From positions 130,889-194,888 of the forward strand of contig QPMI01000513.1 in assembly GCA_004431415.1 (NCBI GenBank): a DNA stretch of 64,000 bases, in the 5' to 3' direction. Position numbers and translations under genes: made by a program. Below are positions 43,891 through 55,594 of the stretch, in pieces. The notes under the pieces are model-generated. The model was not told the DNA's origin. It saw only the letters and a program-made list of their open reading frames with translations, and searched no databases. Origin of the DNA: Cyanophora paradoxa CCMP329. Lineage: Eukaryota > Plantae > Glaucophyta. How positions within the stretch are numbered: position 1 is the first letter of the stretch; every line of letters begins with the position of its first letter.

Positions 43891-45435
43891 AGGCACCTGT
43901 AAAGTCAACTCTCATTGTGGGAGCATTCACATACACAAGGGGATAAATGCGAATATACTTGATTCTCAGAGAATAACCTATGTAAAAAGCATCCTTGATG
44001 CTGAGAGGGAACCCACTCAATAGAGCCATATCACCTGAGTTGTGAGCATTGTTAATGTTCTCACAGACATATATTTTGTTTTGCCCATCTGATCGAATAA
44101 AAGACCAGTTGATCCCATCAGTGGATGTTGCCACATTGAAAGTCTTAATAAAAGCATTGGTGTCCCCTGATCCATAGGCAATCACAGAAGAGAGTTCAAA
44201 AGTATATGGGAAAGCAACTTGAAGGTATTCAGTGGGGTTTCCCATATCTGCTCAGGAGCATAGGCTCCAGCTTCCCAGCCAAATGCTGAAGGTCTAGCCA
44301 TGAAAGGCTCTTTACCTGTCACAGAGGATGATGCAGTAAAGGCATCATCTGCAAGCTGATACCAATTAGCATCTAAAGGAGGTGACTCTGTGAGAGTGGA
44401 TGAGATGTAAGCCTTTGTAGGGTTCTTTAGTTCATAGTTTGCTACTAGTAGGCTGCAAAGCTTATTAATCATATCATTGTTTGCTGCAATGTATGTTTCA
44501 GTGAATGCTAGCATATCTGGGATCTTAGAAGTGTCATCAAGGGAGCTTACTATGTGATTTGGAAGAGGGACTGATAACCTATAGTATCTCCCATAATCCT
44601 GATCATAGTTGTAGGGTAACAACTCCTCCATCTTATCAAGGGCAGAAAGCTCACTTGCAGCCATGAGCATGTTAATCAATGGGCTTCCATCTGTTGAGGC
44701 AATCCATGAGAGAATGCCCCAGCTGTTTACAGTCTCATAAGCATAACCCACATAATCAGACTCTAAATGTGGGTCCACCTCACCACAAGAGATACTTATT
44801 ACTATAATATCATCATCATCACTGTAAATCTTCTTTGCATGGCTGTAACCACACACACTGGGATTATTGTTTCCCGAAATGGCACCATCAATGAGACAGA
44901 CAAATACCCCCTGATTGAAATCAACAATGCTTACAGGAGAGAAATATGTAGGAGCAGCAGAAGTAGCCCTAGCAGCAATCTTACAAGGCAGAAAGCTGTA
45001 ATTGTTATCATTTGTGATAAATATTGGTTTCATATTCTGAGTATCAAAGGATGTAATCACAATGTCCTTTAGGGAATCCTGTATTAGTGATTCACCAGTA
45101 ACTGAATTGATTGCAGTCTCCAAGGGTCCCACATCATACTTTGTGTTAAATAGGGCATTTTCGATGATATTTCGAGGATTTGCAAAAATCAAGGGCAGTT
45201 GAGTTAGGTAAATGTTGTGTAAATCGTTTGCTGTCAGTTTAGGTTCACCTGGTTTATCAGGATGTCTTATATTCAAACCTATTGCAATGATCCCACCAGT
45301 GGAAGTTCCACTCACAAGATCCACAAGATCGATTATTCTTCTTCCAGTTCGATTTTCGATTTCTTTGAGCAGCCTGGTTATGATAATGCCCCTTGCACCT
45401 CCCCCTGATAAAGACAGGCAGATTTTCAAGGGCAT
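43880..45435 (-). CDS. Patatin-like phospholipase with C-terminal F5/8 type C (discoidin) domain, frameshift near 44245
   Basis: SGGGARG, GTSTG, ATSAAPTYF, DGA; then AFTASS..W..EYLQV..STDGINW..KYIRIYP..MRVD. Confidence 0.88.
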
Positions 45436-45478
45436 CTTTTACTTATCAGGAATTTTATAAATCCATATAGTAAAAGCC

Positions 45479-48400
45479 ATGAGCTTCAATTACCCACCCA
45501 ATCTAGAAACCATTCAAGATGATAATGCAAGCAGCACCAAGCATGTGAACTTTGATAATATTAAAGTAAAGGGTTCAGTTTCGATTGACCACAGTTCCGA
45601 TAATTCATCCAAGACTCAATCAAGGGAGCATGCTTTATCTGTGAATCAAACCGATCCAGATAAGGAGGAAGTCAGTGTTGCTTTTAGCTTGGGTAATGTG
45701 AAAGCAAACCAAGTGGCAGAGATCAAAGCAACAAGAAGGAGACCTAGGAAACTAAAAACCAGTGGCACTCACCCAGATATACCTTCCAGGTTTGATAGTG
45801 GTCGATTGATTTTCAATGTTCAAGATGAGCAGGGCAAACAGAACACAGCTTTGCGAATTTACAATGAGGGCAGCATTGCAAAAGCTGAGGTCCCCCAAGT
45901 ATTGCAAGTGGGTCCCATTGCCAATACAAATCAGGTCTCCTACACAAATGATGTCTACCCAAGGATATTACATATGACTTTGCAAGGAATGAGCCTTTTG
46001 GGTTCTTTACTCCAAAAGATGTCCATCAAAAAAAGCCATCAATTACAATCAACAGTAGCCCCAGTCAGCCAGTAGCAATCCATTTACATCCTGATCTTGT
46101 TGAAATGGATAGGCACCTTTTGCCTTTGTATAGCAATGTGAAAGACCTTGGAATTCGAACCAGGCAATGGCGAAATATCCATGGCAGCAATGTGTATGCA
46201 AATGGTGAGAAGCTTGTAAGTGAGAAGACCATAAGAGAGATCTTTGAGTATTATGGACCTGTCCCAGTTCCCTTCCCTCTTCCATGGGATCCACCGGATT
46301 TAACACCGAAAAAGCAACCAGGCAGAGAGTACACAGCAGATGAGACAGTTCCTTTTGGGCAACACATTGTTAGTTGGGAGCAAGTTCGCAATAAACCTAT
46401 AATTGAACCAAGAAAGCAAATAGATGAGCAGTATTTACCTCCTGAAGTCGATATATTAGAGCTTGATGAATATCAATTCGTTCCAGATGAGGAAGAGTAT
46501 TTACCAGATGGTTTTGACCCACAAGAATATGAATATGATCAGTTTGACCCCAATGAGGAGGAGATACTACCAGATGGCTTAGATCCCCAAGAGTTTGAGT
46601 ATGAGCAGAACTATGAACCTGATGAGGAGTATTTGCCAGATGGGCATGATCCACCAGCTGTTGATTATGAGCAACCTTATGAACCCATGAGGAATTATTA
46701 CCAGATGGATTTCGACCTGAGATCTGGGAGTTCTTTCCTGATTATGAACAAATTAATAATAAACCTGCAAAGTATCCCCAGAGGATCACAATCATGATTG
46801 GGATGAGATCTTAGGGAAACCAGAGAAATATCCACCAGAGGATCACAGACATGATTGGGGAGAAATTGATGGGATTCCAACTGAGTTCCCACCAAGCAAA
46901 CATGAACATACTTGGGATGAGATCAATGACCAACCAGAATTTGCAAAAGTTGAGCCTCTTGCTACTCTGGGAGTTTCTCTTTACCAGACTTGCAATGTCC
47001 CTGAAAGGATCTTTTTGAATCACCACTATGTTCATGTGAATGGGACACTTGCGAATTCAGCTATGAGAGGACCACTTCATATTAGGACATTACCAGGCTC
47101 TTATAATCCACCACCTGAACCAGGAGCAACCATACCAAATATCTTTGTGTCAAGCTACATGGAGGCTGACATTCCCACAGATACATTCAGAGTCCAACAG
47201 ACCCAGCAACCTACCAAATTACAACTCTGCTATACAGGTTCATGTAGCAGATGTAAGCAGTCTAGATGGATCAAGACCAATGATAGTTTTCAGTCGAGAT
47301 AAATATTCCTATATTCCCATAGTGGGAACTGCAAATGATAACTATGGGAGGGCAGAGCTTGCATGGATTAAAACAGATTATGGTGGGGTTCTGGAAGCCA
47401 ATCAGAGGATGGCTGCAAAAAACATACACAACGAAAATATTTCGAGAGTGGTCACAGAGGATTACCTTACTGCAGTAATCCTTGTTAATTTTGTAACCCT
47501 TGCTATGCTTGATCAATTTATTACAGAAGCTGAACTTGCAGCAGAACTATCCAAATATCTCCCTCTTGTGGGTGGGACAATCACAGGAAACCTCACAGTT
47601 AATAGTAATATTTACAGTAGCAATATAGAGACCAGCAATTTGAAAGTAAATGGAATCCTCACAATTGGCTCTTGCAATTTCAATACCATGAATCAGGTTT
47701 ACGAAGAATGGTATGATGTCCCACCAAGCTTTGATCCAGCATCAAATATCTCGAACTGCATTTTTGCTTGGAAGGCATCAGGAGTACCAGGTCAATCAGC
47801 AATGTATACAACTATAGTAAGCAGAGTCCCGAATTCAGTTGTTCCAGACTTGTTTATCTCCGGAGCCAGTTCCTATTACACCAATCCCGAAATCAACAAC
47901 CAAGTTAGTGTTTCAAGCCCAACAGGCACTTTTTATGCATATACCTCTGCTACAAGAACTATTGATTTCTCAAATGGGCTTACATTTTTCTTTGTGGGAA
48001 AATATCATCCAACTGCCTCTTCTATGCAAGTTCACTTGAGACTTTACAGAAGCGCCTTTCCATCACGATATTGTTATTATGGGGCAACATCTTCTACTGC
48101 TATTGGAATGAACCAGTTCACTATTAATGGAGCATCCCAAAACGCCCAGTTATTACGGTTCCTTCTTTAATAAATACATGGTATTACACTGACCAAACAA
48201 TTACTTCCAGCAGCTACACAGTCGGGTTAAATGGAGTAGATATTGAACACTTGTAGGAACAAATTATCTACCAGATAATACTGTCAATCATTTCGGATTT
48301 GGTAATATTGTGAATGGTGGTATTTCCGAGTTGATTGTTTTCAATAGGGCTTTGACAACTTCTGAAAAGAATGCTGTGAGGTATTACATTCAACAAAAAT

Positions 48401-51400
48401 ATGGATTCACTCATACCCAGACTCTGAATATTTACAGAGGATTAAAAATAACCTCACCTGATACTGTAATAGATTACCTTACAGTTACAAGCAATGCAAA
48501 TTTACCACATCATCCAACCTCTAATGTGGTTCAAGGTTGGATTCAAAATCACACTCACACAAAAGCCCAGATTACAGATTTTGCCCATACTCACACAAAA
48601 GACCAAATAACAGATTTCGCCCATACTCACACAAAAGACCAAATAACAGATTTCGCCCATACTCACACAAAAGACCAAATAACAGATTTCGCCCATACTC
48701 ACACAAAAGATCAGATCACAGATTTCGCCCATACTCACACCAAAGATCAGATCACAGATTTCGCCCATACTCACACAAAAGACCAAATAACAGATTTCGC
48801 ACATACTCACACCAAAGATCAGATCACAGATTTTGCCCATACTCACACCAAAGATCAGATCACAGATTTCGCCCATACTCATTTATGGGAGCATATCACA
48901 AATCCTCCATTAACCTTCCCACCTGATTCACACACTCATGATTACTCAACAATAACCAATAGCAACCACAGACACCCTTGGAGTCAAATAGATGAACAAC
49001 CAACTTTTGCATCATCAGGCAATATTTTGACAGACTTTACAAATGGTGTGAGTCTCTACCAGAGTAATACCATACCTGAAAGGCTACAACTAAATGATTA
49101 TTATGTCAATCGAAAAGGCATTGATGGAGGGACCACAATGGAAGGTGAATTATACATCAAACAACCAACAAGAATCCAAATGATTTCAGCAGGTGGTGTT
49201 GGGGTGATTGATACCAAACCAGGCATCTTCTTAACAAGTTATTATAATGAGGACATCCCATTGACATCAGGATTACCACCTCTCCCATCTGATCCAGCAG
49301 CATATGATGACAAGGATGCCATTATGCAAGTAAATGTAACAGATGTCAGTGCAACTGATGGCTCCAGACCTAAAATAATATTCAGTCGATCCAAATTCAA
49401 TTATGTCCCACTTGCGGGACAACCATCAGATAACTATGGGAAATGCGAAATGTCCTGGATTAAAACATTAGCAGGAGGAGCCTTAGAAGTCAATCAGAGG
49501 ATGGCAGCAAAAAACTTACACAATGAGACCCTCTCTGGTGTTGTTACAGATGATTATTTAGAAAACAAAGATTATGTAACAAATACAGAATTACAATTAG
49601 CTCTTACAGATGTTGTAACAGATACCGAATTAACAGCAGCTCTTGGGAATTATTTACCTCTTACAGGTGGAAATGTAACAGGAACTGTGAATGCTACCAC
49701 TTTACAAATTGGTGGAACCACAATACCAAAAGGTTACGATTTCGACCAATTAGATGTGGTTTCGACAGATAGAAGCGCAAATAATTGGAATTTGAATTGG
49801 GTCGCAAGAACAGGACAAACAGGATGTTACACAACACCACATAATGATGAAGATTGCAGTGGTTGTTGGATGAGGTGGACAGTTCCAGAAGGTATGAAAT
49901 CGTTTTACATTCAGCATATGCCGTGGGCGAATTGTCGATATTATGATATCTACGGGCAAACAGCCAATAATTACCAGCATTTCTTAAAACGTATAAATGC
50001 ATATCAGGGAATCCAGGCAGTTAATCAAGATGGGACACATAATACTGTTTTGTTTGCCTCAATCAATTGTGAGTTTTACACAAAGATATACATTCAAGGT
50101 CGAAAAGGTCGCATTCATCTAACGGGTGTTTTCGGTTGGAGTAGACAGAGAGCAACAGATAATGAATTGGGCATGATCTCTTGGGATAATGTATTTAGTA
50201 AACCATCATTTTACTCAGCCGCAGACCTTCCACAAACCGCAACATGGCCAACAAATACATGGTTAAAATCAGTAGATGCAGTCGAGCGAATTTGGTTTGG
50301 TAATGGTCAAACAACATATATTCGAGGTTATGAAAATGGTGATGGTGTATCTGTCGAATTTAGAAACTCAGCGGATGCAGCAATCTTAAAATCATATGGT
50401 AACGGTAACTTTTGGGTGAATAATACTATTACAGCATCCACTATTAATGCTACTACCAAACTCCAAATAAACGGTAATGATGTCCCAAAGTTTCACACAG
50501 CAGATAAAACAGTAGGAGCAATTGAGTTTAATAGATGTTCTCAGGGTTGGAGCTATCACTGGGGGACATCATGGGATCCATATTATAATTATGGTTCATA
50601 TGTCTATAATGATCAATATGATGACCAAACTTCTACCGCTTGGATGGACTTCGATATTCCCGATGGATACCACACAGGAACAGCATTTTTAACTTATTTA
50701 CCTTGGCAAAGCTCACGACTTTTTGAAATTTGGGGAGTTAATAGACAAGGAAATGAAGTTTTTATTACATCAGTGAATAGTTATCAACCATACGCCACAT
50801 CTCCTGATAATAACCATAGTGGTTTAAATAATGTTCCTATACATCTTGGTAATCGATTTCTCACAATTCGAATTAGACCAAAGATTGGAAGAGTTCATAT
50901 TATGGGTATAAGTTACATGAAAATATGGGTTGGACATAGTTATGGCGGTCACACCGGTTATATTCATTGGAATAATGTTTATAGTAAACCAAATATCTTA
51001 ACAGGAACTGTGGGGACTTGGTTTAGTTCAAGTGATGGATATAATCGTATCCATTTCGGTAACCAAACTTCTACATATTTGAAAGGAGGGGGAGATATTC
51101 CCCTTGTATTCCGAAATGAACAAGATACTGATATTTGTTACATGTATCATGGAGGATGGATGTGGATTGGAGGTTATTAACACAAGGAAGTGACATAAGA
51201 TACAAAACCGATATTAAAAAGATATCCGGCGCTCTTTCAGCAATAGAGAAATTAGAGGGAGTGAGTTTTAAACGAATTGGAAGTGAAAAAGATGGAGTTA
51301 AATTAGGTTTAATTGCACAAGATGTTCAAAAGGTAATACCAGAGGTAGTTAATGTTAAAAAAGACGATGGCTACCTATCTCTTGAATACACAGGTTTAAT

Positions 51401-51491
51401 TCCAGTTCTCATTGAAGCTGTGAAGGAGTTGTCCCAAAAATGCAAAGATCTACAGGATCAAATAGACCAAATTAAAAATGTCAAAGTATAA
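45479..51491 (+). CDS. Giant fibre-like virion protein (~2000 aa, several frameshifts): acidic repeats, HxH repeats, LamG-like domain, C-terminal S74 chaperone
   Basis: Consecutive ORFs appear to join at single-base indels; GGISELIVFNRALT; HTHTKDQITDFA repeats; SDIRYKTDIKKI..GLIAQDVQKVIPEVV..LIEAVKEL. Could be two genes. Confidence 0.8.
48550..48882 (+). repeat. Nine 36-bp coding tandem repeats (HTHTKDQITDFA)
   Basis: Head-to-tail units with mostly synonymous variation, in frame. Confidence 0.95.
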
Positions 51492-51494
51492 TAA

Positions 51495-51800
51495 ATGGCG
51501 ACCTATCCTCTTGGTGGAACCACCTATTCTACTGAGCCAGTTGCGCTTTCTTTTGATACAATCACCCTTGTAAACGCATTACAAACAGTTGAAAAAACGA
51601 TTCAGCAAACTAACAAGCTCTCACCAGTTGTAAATGAGTATAAAAACCTCTTGGTTAATGTCCTTGCTCAAGCTGCATATGGTGACCCTGTTGCTAAATA
51701 CAATGAGTGTGATAACAACATTAAAGCAATGACATCCAACCTGCAAGTTCTTTCAACTGTTTACCAATCCCTTGGATCGAATTTAATCACTTTGGCTTGA
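51495..51800 (+). CDS. Hypothetical helical protein (101 aa)
   Basis: ATG ORF 3 bp after the fibre stop. Confidence 0.6.
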   Translation: MATYPLGGTTYSTEPVALSFDTITLVNALQTVEKTIQQTNKLSPVVNEYKNLLVNVLAQAAYGDPVAKYNECDNNIKAMTSNLQVLSTVYQSLGSNLITLA

Positions 51801-51839
51801 TGGTAGTTTATTTTTCTTTCCTTCTTAGTAAAAGAAGCC

Positions 51840-52559
51840 ATGGGTGAATATAATCGAGTTCAACTTCCAATATATTCCCTTGGATCCCCTGCAATGCATT
51901 TTCGCCAGCATGAAGTTAATGATGAGGTTCGTGGTTTAGAATCCACAGAGAGACCCAATTCCAATGGTAACTCCTTTGATAAGAATTCGATTATTCGAGT
52001 TAAAGAGCTGAGAGCTGATAAGAATTCTGGTGTGGTTAAAACAACTCGACTTCTTGTCACCAATGCTAACTTCTTCCAGCCTACAAATGGAGGTCCTGAT
52101 GCTTACAGTGTTGCCCTGAAAGCCCTAGATTTCGACAAGAATACTGCTGCTGTTACTGTGAGATCAGGAGGAGCATTTATTGGGGTGGTTGCAGAGTGTC
52201 AGGTCAACTCTCATCCTCCATTTCGTATAATGATGTCCAGATACTCTAGAGCAAAATGTGGAAGACCCCAACGAATTCGATTATATACTCCTGTCGCACA
52301 GCAGCCATTAATTCAATTTTACATTGGATATACTGTTACTCTTGAAAACTCGGAATTAATTGAAGGAACCAAAAGAGTACTGAGAGGTCTTGCGATTCCA
52401 TCTGCAATGCTTTCCCTTTGTAGAGCCAACAACAATCAAGTAGGTCATAAATACTATTTCAATGTTCAGGGATATAATCATTTCGGTTATGGCTACTGTG
52501 TTTATAATAATAATTTCACCTTTGACTTGTTGTTACAGATATTGGGTTATATACTATAA
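51840..52559 (+). CDS. RVKELRADK-family protein 1
   Basis: IIRVKELRADKNSGVVKTTRLLVTNANF; true end may be ~52680 with a frameshift. Confidence 0.65.
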   Translation: MGEYNRVQLPIYSLGSPAMHFRQHEVNDEVRGLESTERPNSNGNSFDKNSIIRVKELRADKNSGVVKTTRLLVTNANFFQPTNGGPDAYSVALKALDFDKNTAAVTVRSGGAFIGVVAECQVNSHPPFRIMMSRYSRAKCGRPQRIRLYTPVAQQPLIQFYIGYTVTLENSELIEGTKRVLRGLAIPSAMLSLCRANNNQVGHKYYFNVQGYNHFGYGYCVYNNNFTFDLLLQILGYIL

Positions 52560-52703
52560 CTCTTATCGGTTTGAGAACAGATATAGCCGCTGTATCAGCT
52601 CTTAGAGGTGTAACTCCTGATACTCTTTCAGTTACAGGGTTTTACCAAGAGCCAGATGTAATTGATGACCCAACCCCATAAAAGATATATCCTTTAATGT
52701 AAA

Positions 52704-53534
52704 ATGGCAGAGGCACCACACCAATAGAGCGAATTATAACACCACAGCTATCATTAGCTGCCCAGCAAACCATGTTCTACAGCATGCTACCTTTGATGAT
52801 GTAGAGGGTCTCCAATCGACAGAGGTCCAACCTACAATGAACACCTTTGGTTCCACCATAAACTGAGATTACAGGAACTCAGATGTGATAAAAATAATGG
52901 AATAGTTAAGACAACTAAGCTACTTGTTACCAATGCAAACTTTTCTGCTCATTATGGAGACCCAGATAGCTATGGAGATCCTCTTTCTACTTATTCTTTT
53001 GAATCTAGGTCGGAGCTATTAACTGCAAATCGGGGGGAGCTTATATTGGTGATGGTCTTAGGTTGGTGGGCTGTTGGAGCGCCTCTATTTGTGAATGATC
53101 AACCCAATCCCATTGATCCTAACACAAGAATTCGAACCTATGTCCCCAGCATGAATGCCCCATACATTATAAAGATATTCCCCATTGTTGTAAATGAACA
53201 AACAGCAGTAGTAGACTCTCTTGTTGAAATTGGTGACCACTACAAGGTAGTTGTGGATATTCCGCCAGATGTATATGCTGTATGCCAAGTTGAAGGTGGA
53301 ACTCCCAACTTTGCAGTAGTGATCACCCCATATGATAATTTCGGAATTGCTTATCATGGAGTCAATTTCGGTTTGGAAGACTATCAGTTTCTTGTGAGAG
53401 CCACCAAGTTTGGTATCTACAAGTGTGTGATGTTTGCAGAGAGAACCGATTTTATTGCAAAGCAGAATACCTATGCTGAATACTATGGGACAAATCGATA
53501 TTTTCCCATTTTTGGGCAGGATACTGCTCCATAA
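52704..53534 (+). CDS. RVKELRADK-family protein 2 (frameshifted)
   Basis: LRLQELRCDKNNGIVKTTKLLVTNANF at ~52862-52945; C-terminus VVITPY..FAERTD. Confidence 0.6.
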
Positions 53535-53556
53535 GAATATTGGTTATATATAGAGT

Positions 53557-53829
53557 ATGGATAGTAAAACAAAAAAGTTTATTGATGCTGCTATGACAGT
53601 TCATGGTAAAGATAAATTCGATTACAGTGAGACACATTACATCAAAGCTCAAGAGAAAGTATCTGTGAGATGTTTGCAGTGTAACAAGGTGATCCTTACA
53701 TATCCATTTAATCATGTGAAGGGATCAGGGTGTAGGGACTGTAACAAAAGAAAGAGTCAAGCACACAGGAAAAGGACTACTTCATCAATCACAGTGGAAT
53801 ATAGGGATGTTTGCATTAGGTTCGATTAG
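53557..53829 (+). CDS. DUF723-like zinc-ribbon protein
   Basis: FIDAAMTVHGKDKFDYSETHY..VRCLQC..PFNHVKGSGCRDC. Confidence 0.7.
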   Translation: MDSKTKKFIDAAMTVHGKDKFDYSETHYIKAQEKVSVRCLQCNKVILTYPFNHVKGSGCRDCNKRKSQAHRKRTTSSITVEYRDVCIRFD

Positions 53830-53858
53830 GTTTAATTAATTTTTCTAAGGTATTCTTA

Positions 53859-54256
53859 ATGGAGACTCAATACAGAGGCTTTCATGTTATGCTTGATTAC
53901 AAAGCTAAATCAGCTATAGCAACAGGTAATGAGCATGTTAGCTTCCTAGGTAATTGGATTATGGGAACCTTGAACAAGCAGTATTGAGACAAGGTATTAG
54001 GATTGTTCATAAGCATTGTGAGATATTTGATGGCAAACTATCACCTCCTGGTTTTGCATTGGTTCTGCTATTAGATGAAAGCCATTGCACAGCTCATTGT
54101 TATTCCAATGAAGGCATGTTAGCAATTGATATATTCAGTTGTGGTAAAGAAGCTCAGCATAAAACACAAGCAGTTGCAGATGAGATCGATAAAACAATGA
54201 ATTTCTTAACATTTGAGAAGACTGAGAGACATAAACATGATAGATTCCCGTTTTGA
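53859..54256 (+). CDS. speD: Prokaryotic-type pyruvoyl-dependent S-adenosylmethionine decarboxylase proenzyme, frameshift near 53968
   Basis: GFHVMLDY N-terminus; PPGFALVLLLDESHCTAHCY..LAIDIFSCG with the E-S-H autocleavage site. Confidence 0.87.
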
Positions 54257-54490
54257 TGGGTTTCTATAATGATAAACAGGGTAATTTACCTTTTTTATTA
54301 CAATGGCAATCGTTAAAAAAGGATATAATATATCCTTTCCTACAATAGCTTTATACAATGATTTTCTTTCTACAGTAGCTTTTGTTACAATAGAATTCTA
54401 CTGTATGATGTAGCCGAAATATGAATGCACCCTACATTAAGCAATGTCAAGTATTTCGAATACTATTCGATTTCCTTACACTAAAACCTC

Positions 54491-55594
54491 AGCATCTCCC
54501 CAAGATTCCCCCTATTATTAAAGTGGACTCAAGGTTGACTCATATTAATCGATAGTATATGGATTTTGTTACGAATTCAATGCAAGGGTTGACTAAGTGG
54601 GTTGAGTTGACTCAAATTTCACAGGAAATAACAATGAATCAGAGTATAAAATGCATTATTTGAATCAACTACACCAACTAACACTGAGAAAGTAGGTTAT
54701 AACATATAGTATTACCATATATGGTTTGTCAGGCACTATAATATAGTTGTCAGGCACTAATATAGTATGTCAGGCATTGTCAGGCACCTTTTAGAAAACT
54801 TTTATAAAATTGAAATTTCATTGTTAATCCAACAATGACTTAGCCAAAATAAAATACTTTATGAAAATCGATAGATTTAATGCCTGACAAATAATGCTGC
54901 CTGAAAGATTTAACAACAACTAACACTGAGATTTTCACAATATATGAGGTCCTTACTGAATATGGTTTGTGTGACAGGTGTGACAGGTTTATCCCGTGGA
55001 TTTTAAAAATCAATTTCTCACTAGGACTTTCCTTGGATTGACCTGTCACACCTGTCACACCTGTCACACCCAATTTTCTAAGGTCCCCCTTAGACTCAAC
55101 AAAACAATGATAAAATCATATAAGTTTCATGTATAATTACGATTGAATTCAATAAGAGATCGATTTGTTAATATAAACAAATGAATCATTTATGGATCTT
55201 AATCGAGTTTAGCGATATATTTCCGATTAAATGAATTAAATTTAATTAAATTTTAATCGAGAAAGTACATGAATATAATATCGATTAAATCAATTAACTT
55301 TTAGACCAATCACACATAGTAAAATGCGGAGTTTTAACCAGAGGCAAGATCTAATTGAGATTCAGTTATATTATTCGGAAATATATACAGATTATCGATA
55401 GACTCAGTAAGACTAATCGGAAAATAAGAGAAATTTACGATAAAATATCGAAAAGAATACAAAATAAACGAAATAAATGAATATTCGATAAGATATACAC
55501 AGATTATCGATTGATTGAAATAGAATATACGAGATATATCAACAAAATCAATTAAGATAAGCCGAGGGTTAAAACTCCGCATTTTACTATGTGT
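54491..55594 (-). repeat. Element B right TIR
   Basis: Reverse complement of 28109-29216; iteron cassette at 54951-55070; terminal unit at 55312-55594. Confidence 0.97.

Larger units (their letters stand above)
28109..55594. mobile_element. Element B: 27.5-kb endogenous Polinton-like virus nested in element A pPolB
   Basis: ACACATAG...CTATGTGT ends; 6-bp TSD CCAGAC at 28103-28108 and 55595-55600; removing it restores VIASVGCLVVSSKGEQ. Confidence 0.97.

Noticed and set aside
48550-48882. CRISPR array (36-bp repeats)
   Set aside because: No spacers; in-frame coding repeat with synonymous variation; no cas genes.
49850-51000. Diversity-generating retroelement acting on the duplicated fibre domains
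   Set aside because: No reverse transcriptase seen; the copies diverge throughout rather than only at adenines.
54318-54338. Hairpin AAAGGATATA-A-TATATCCTTT as a giant-virus-style polyadenylation signal
   Set aside because: Single AT-rich example; I did not find comparable hairpins consistently after other genes.
28109-55594. Mavirus-type virophage or canonical Maverick
   Set aside because: No cysteine protease recognised, and the MCPs (~410-455 aa) are shorter than virophage MCPs; Polinton-like virus is the safer call pending phylogeny.
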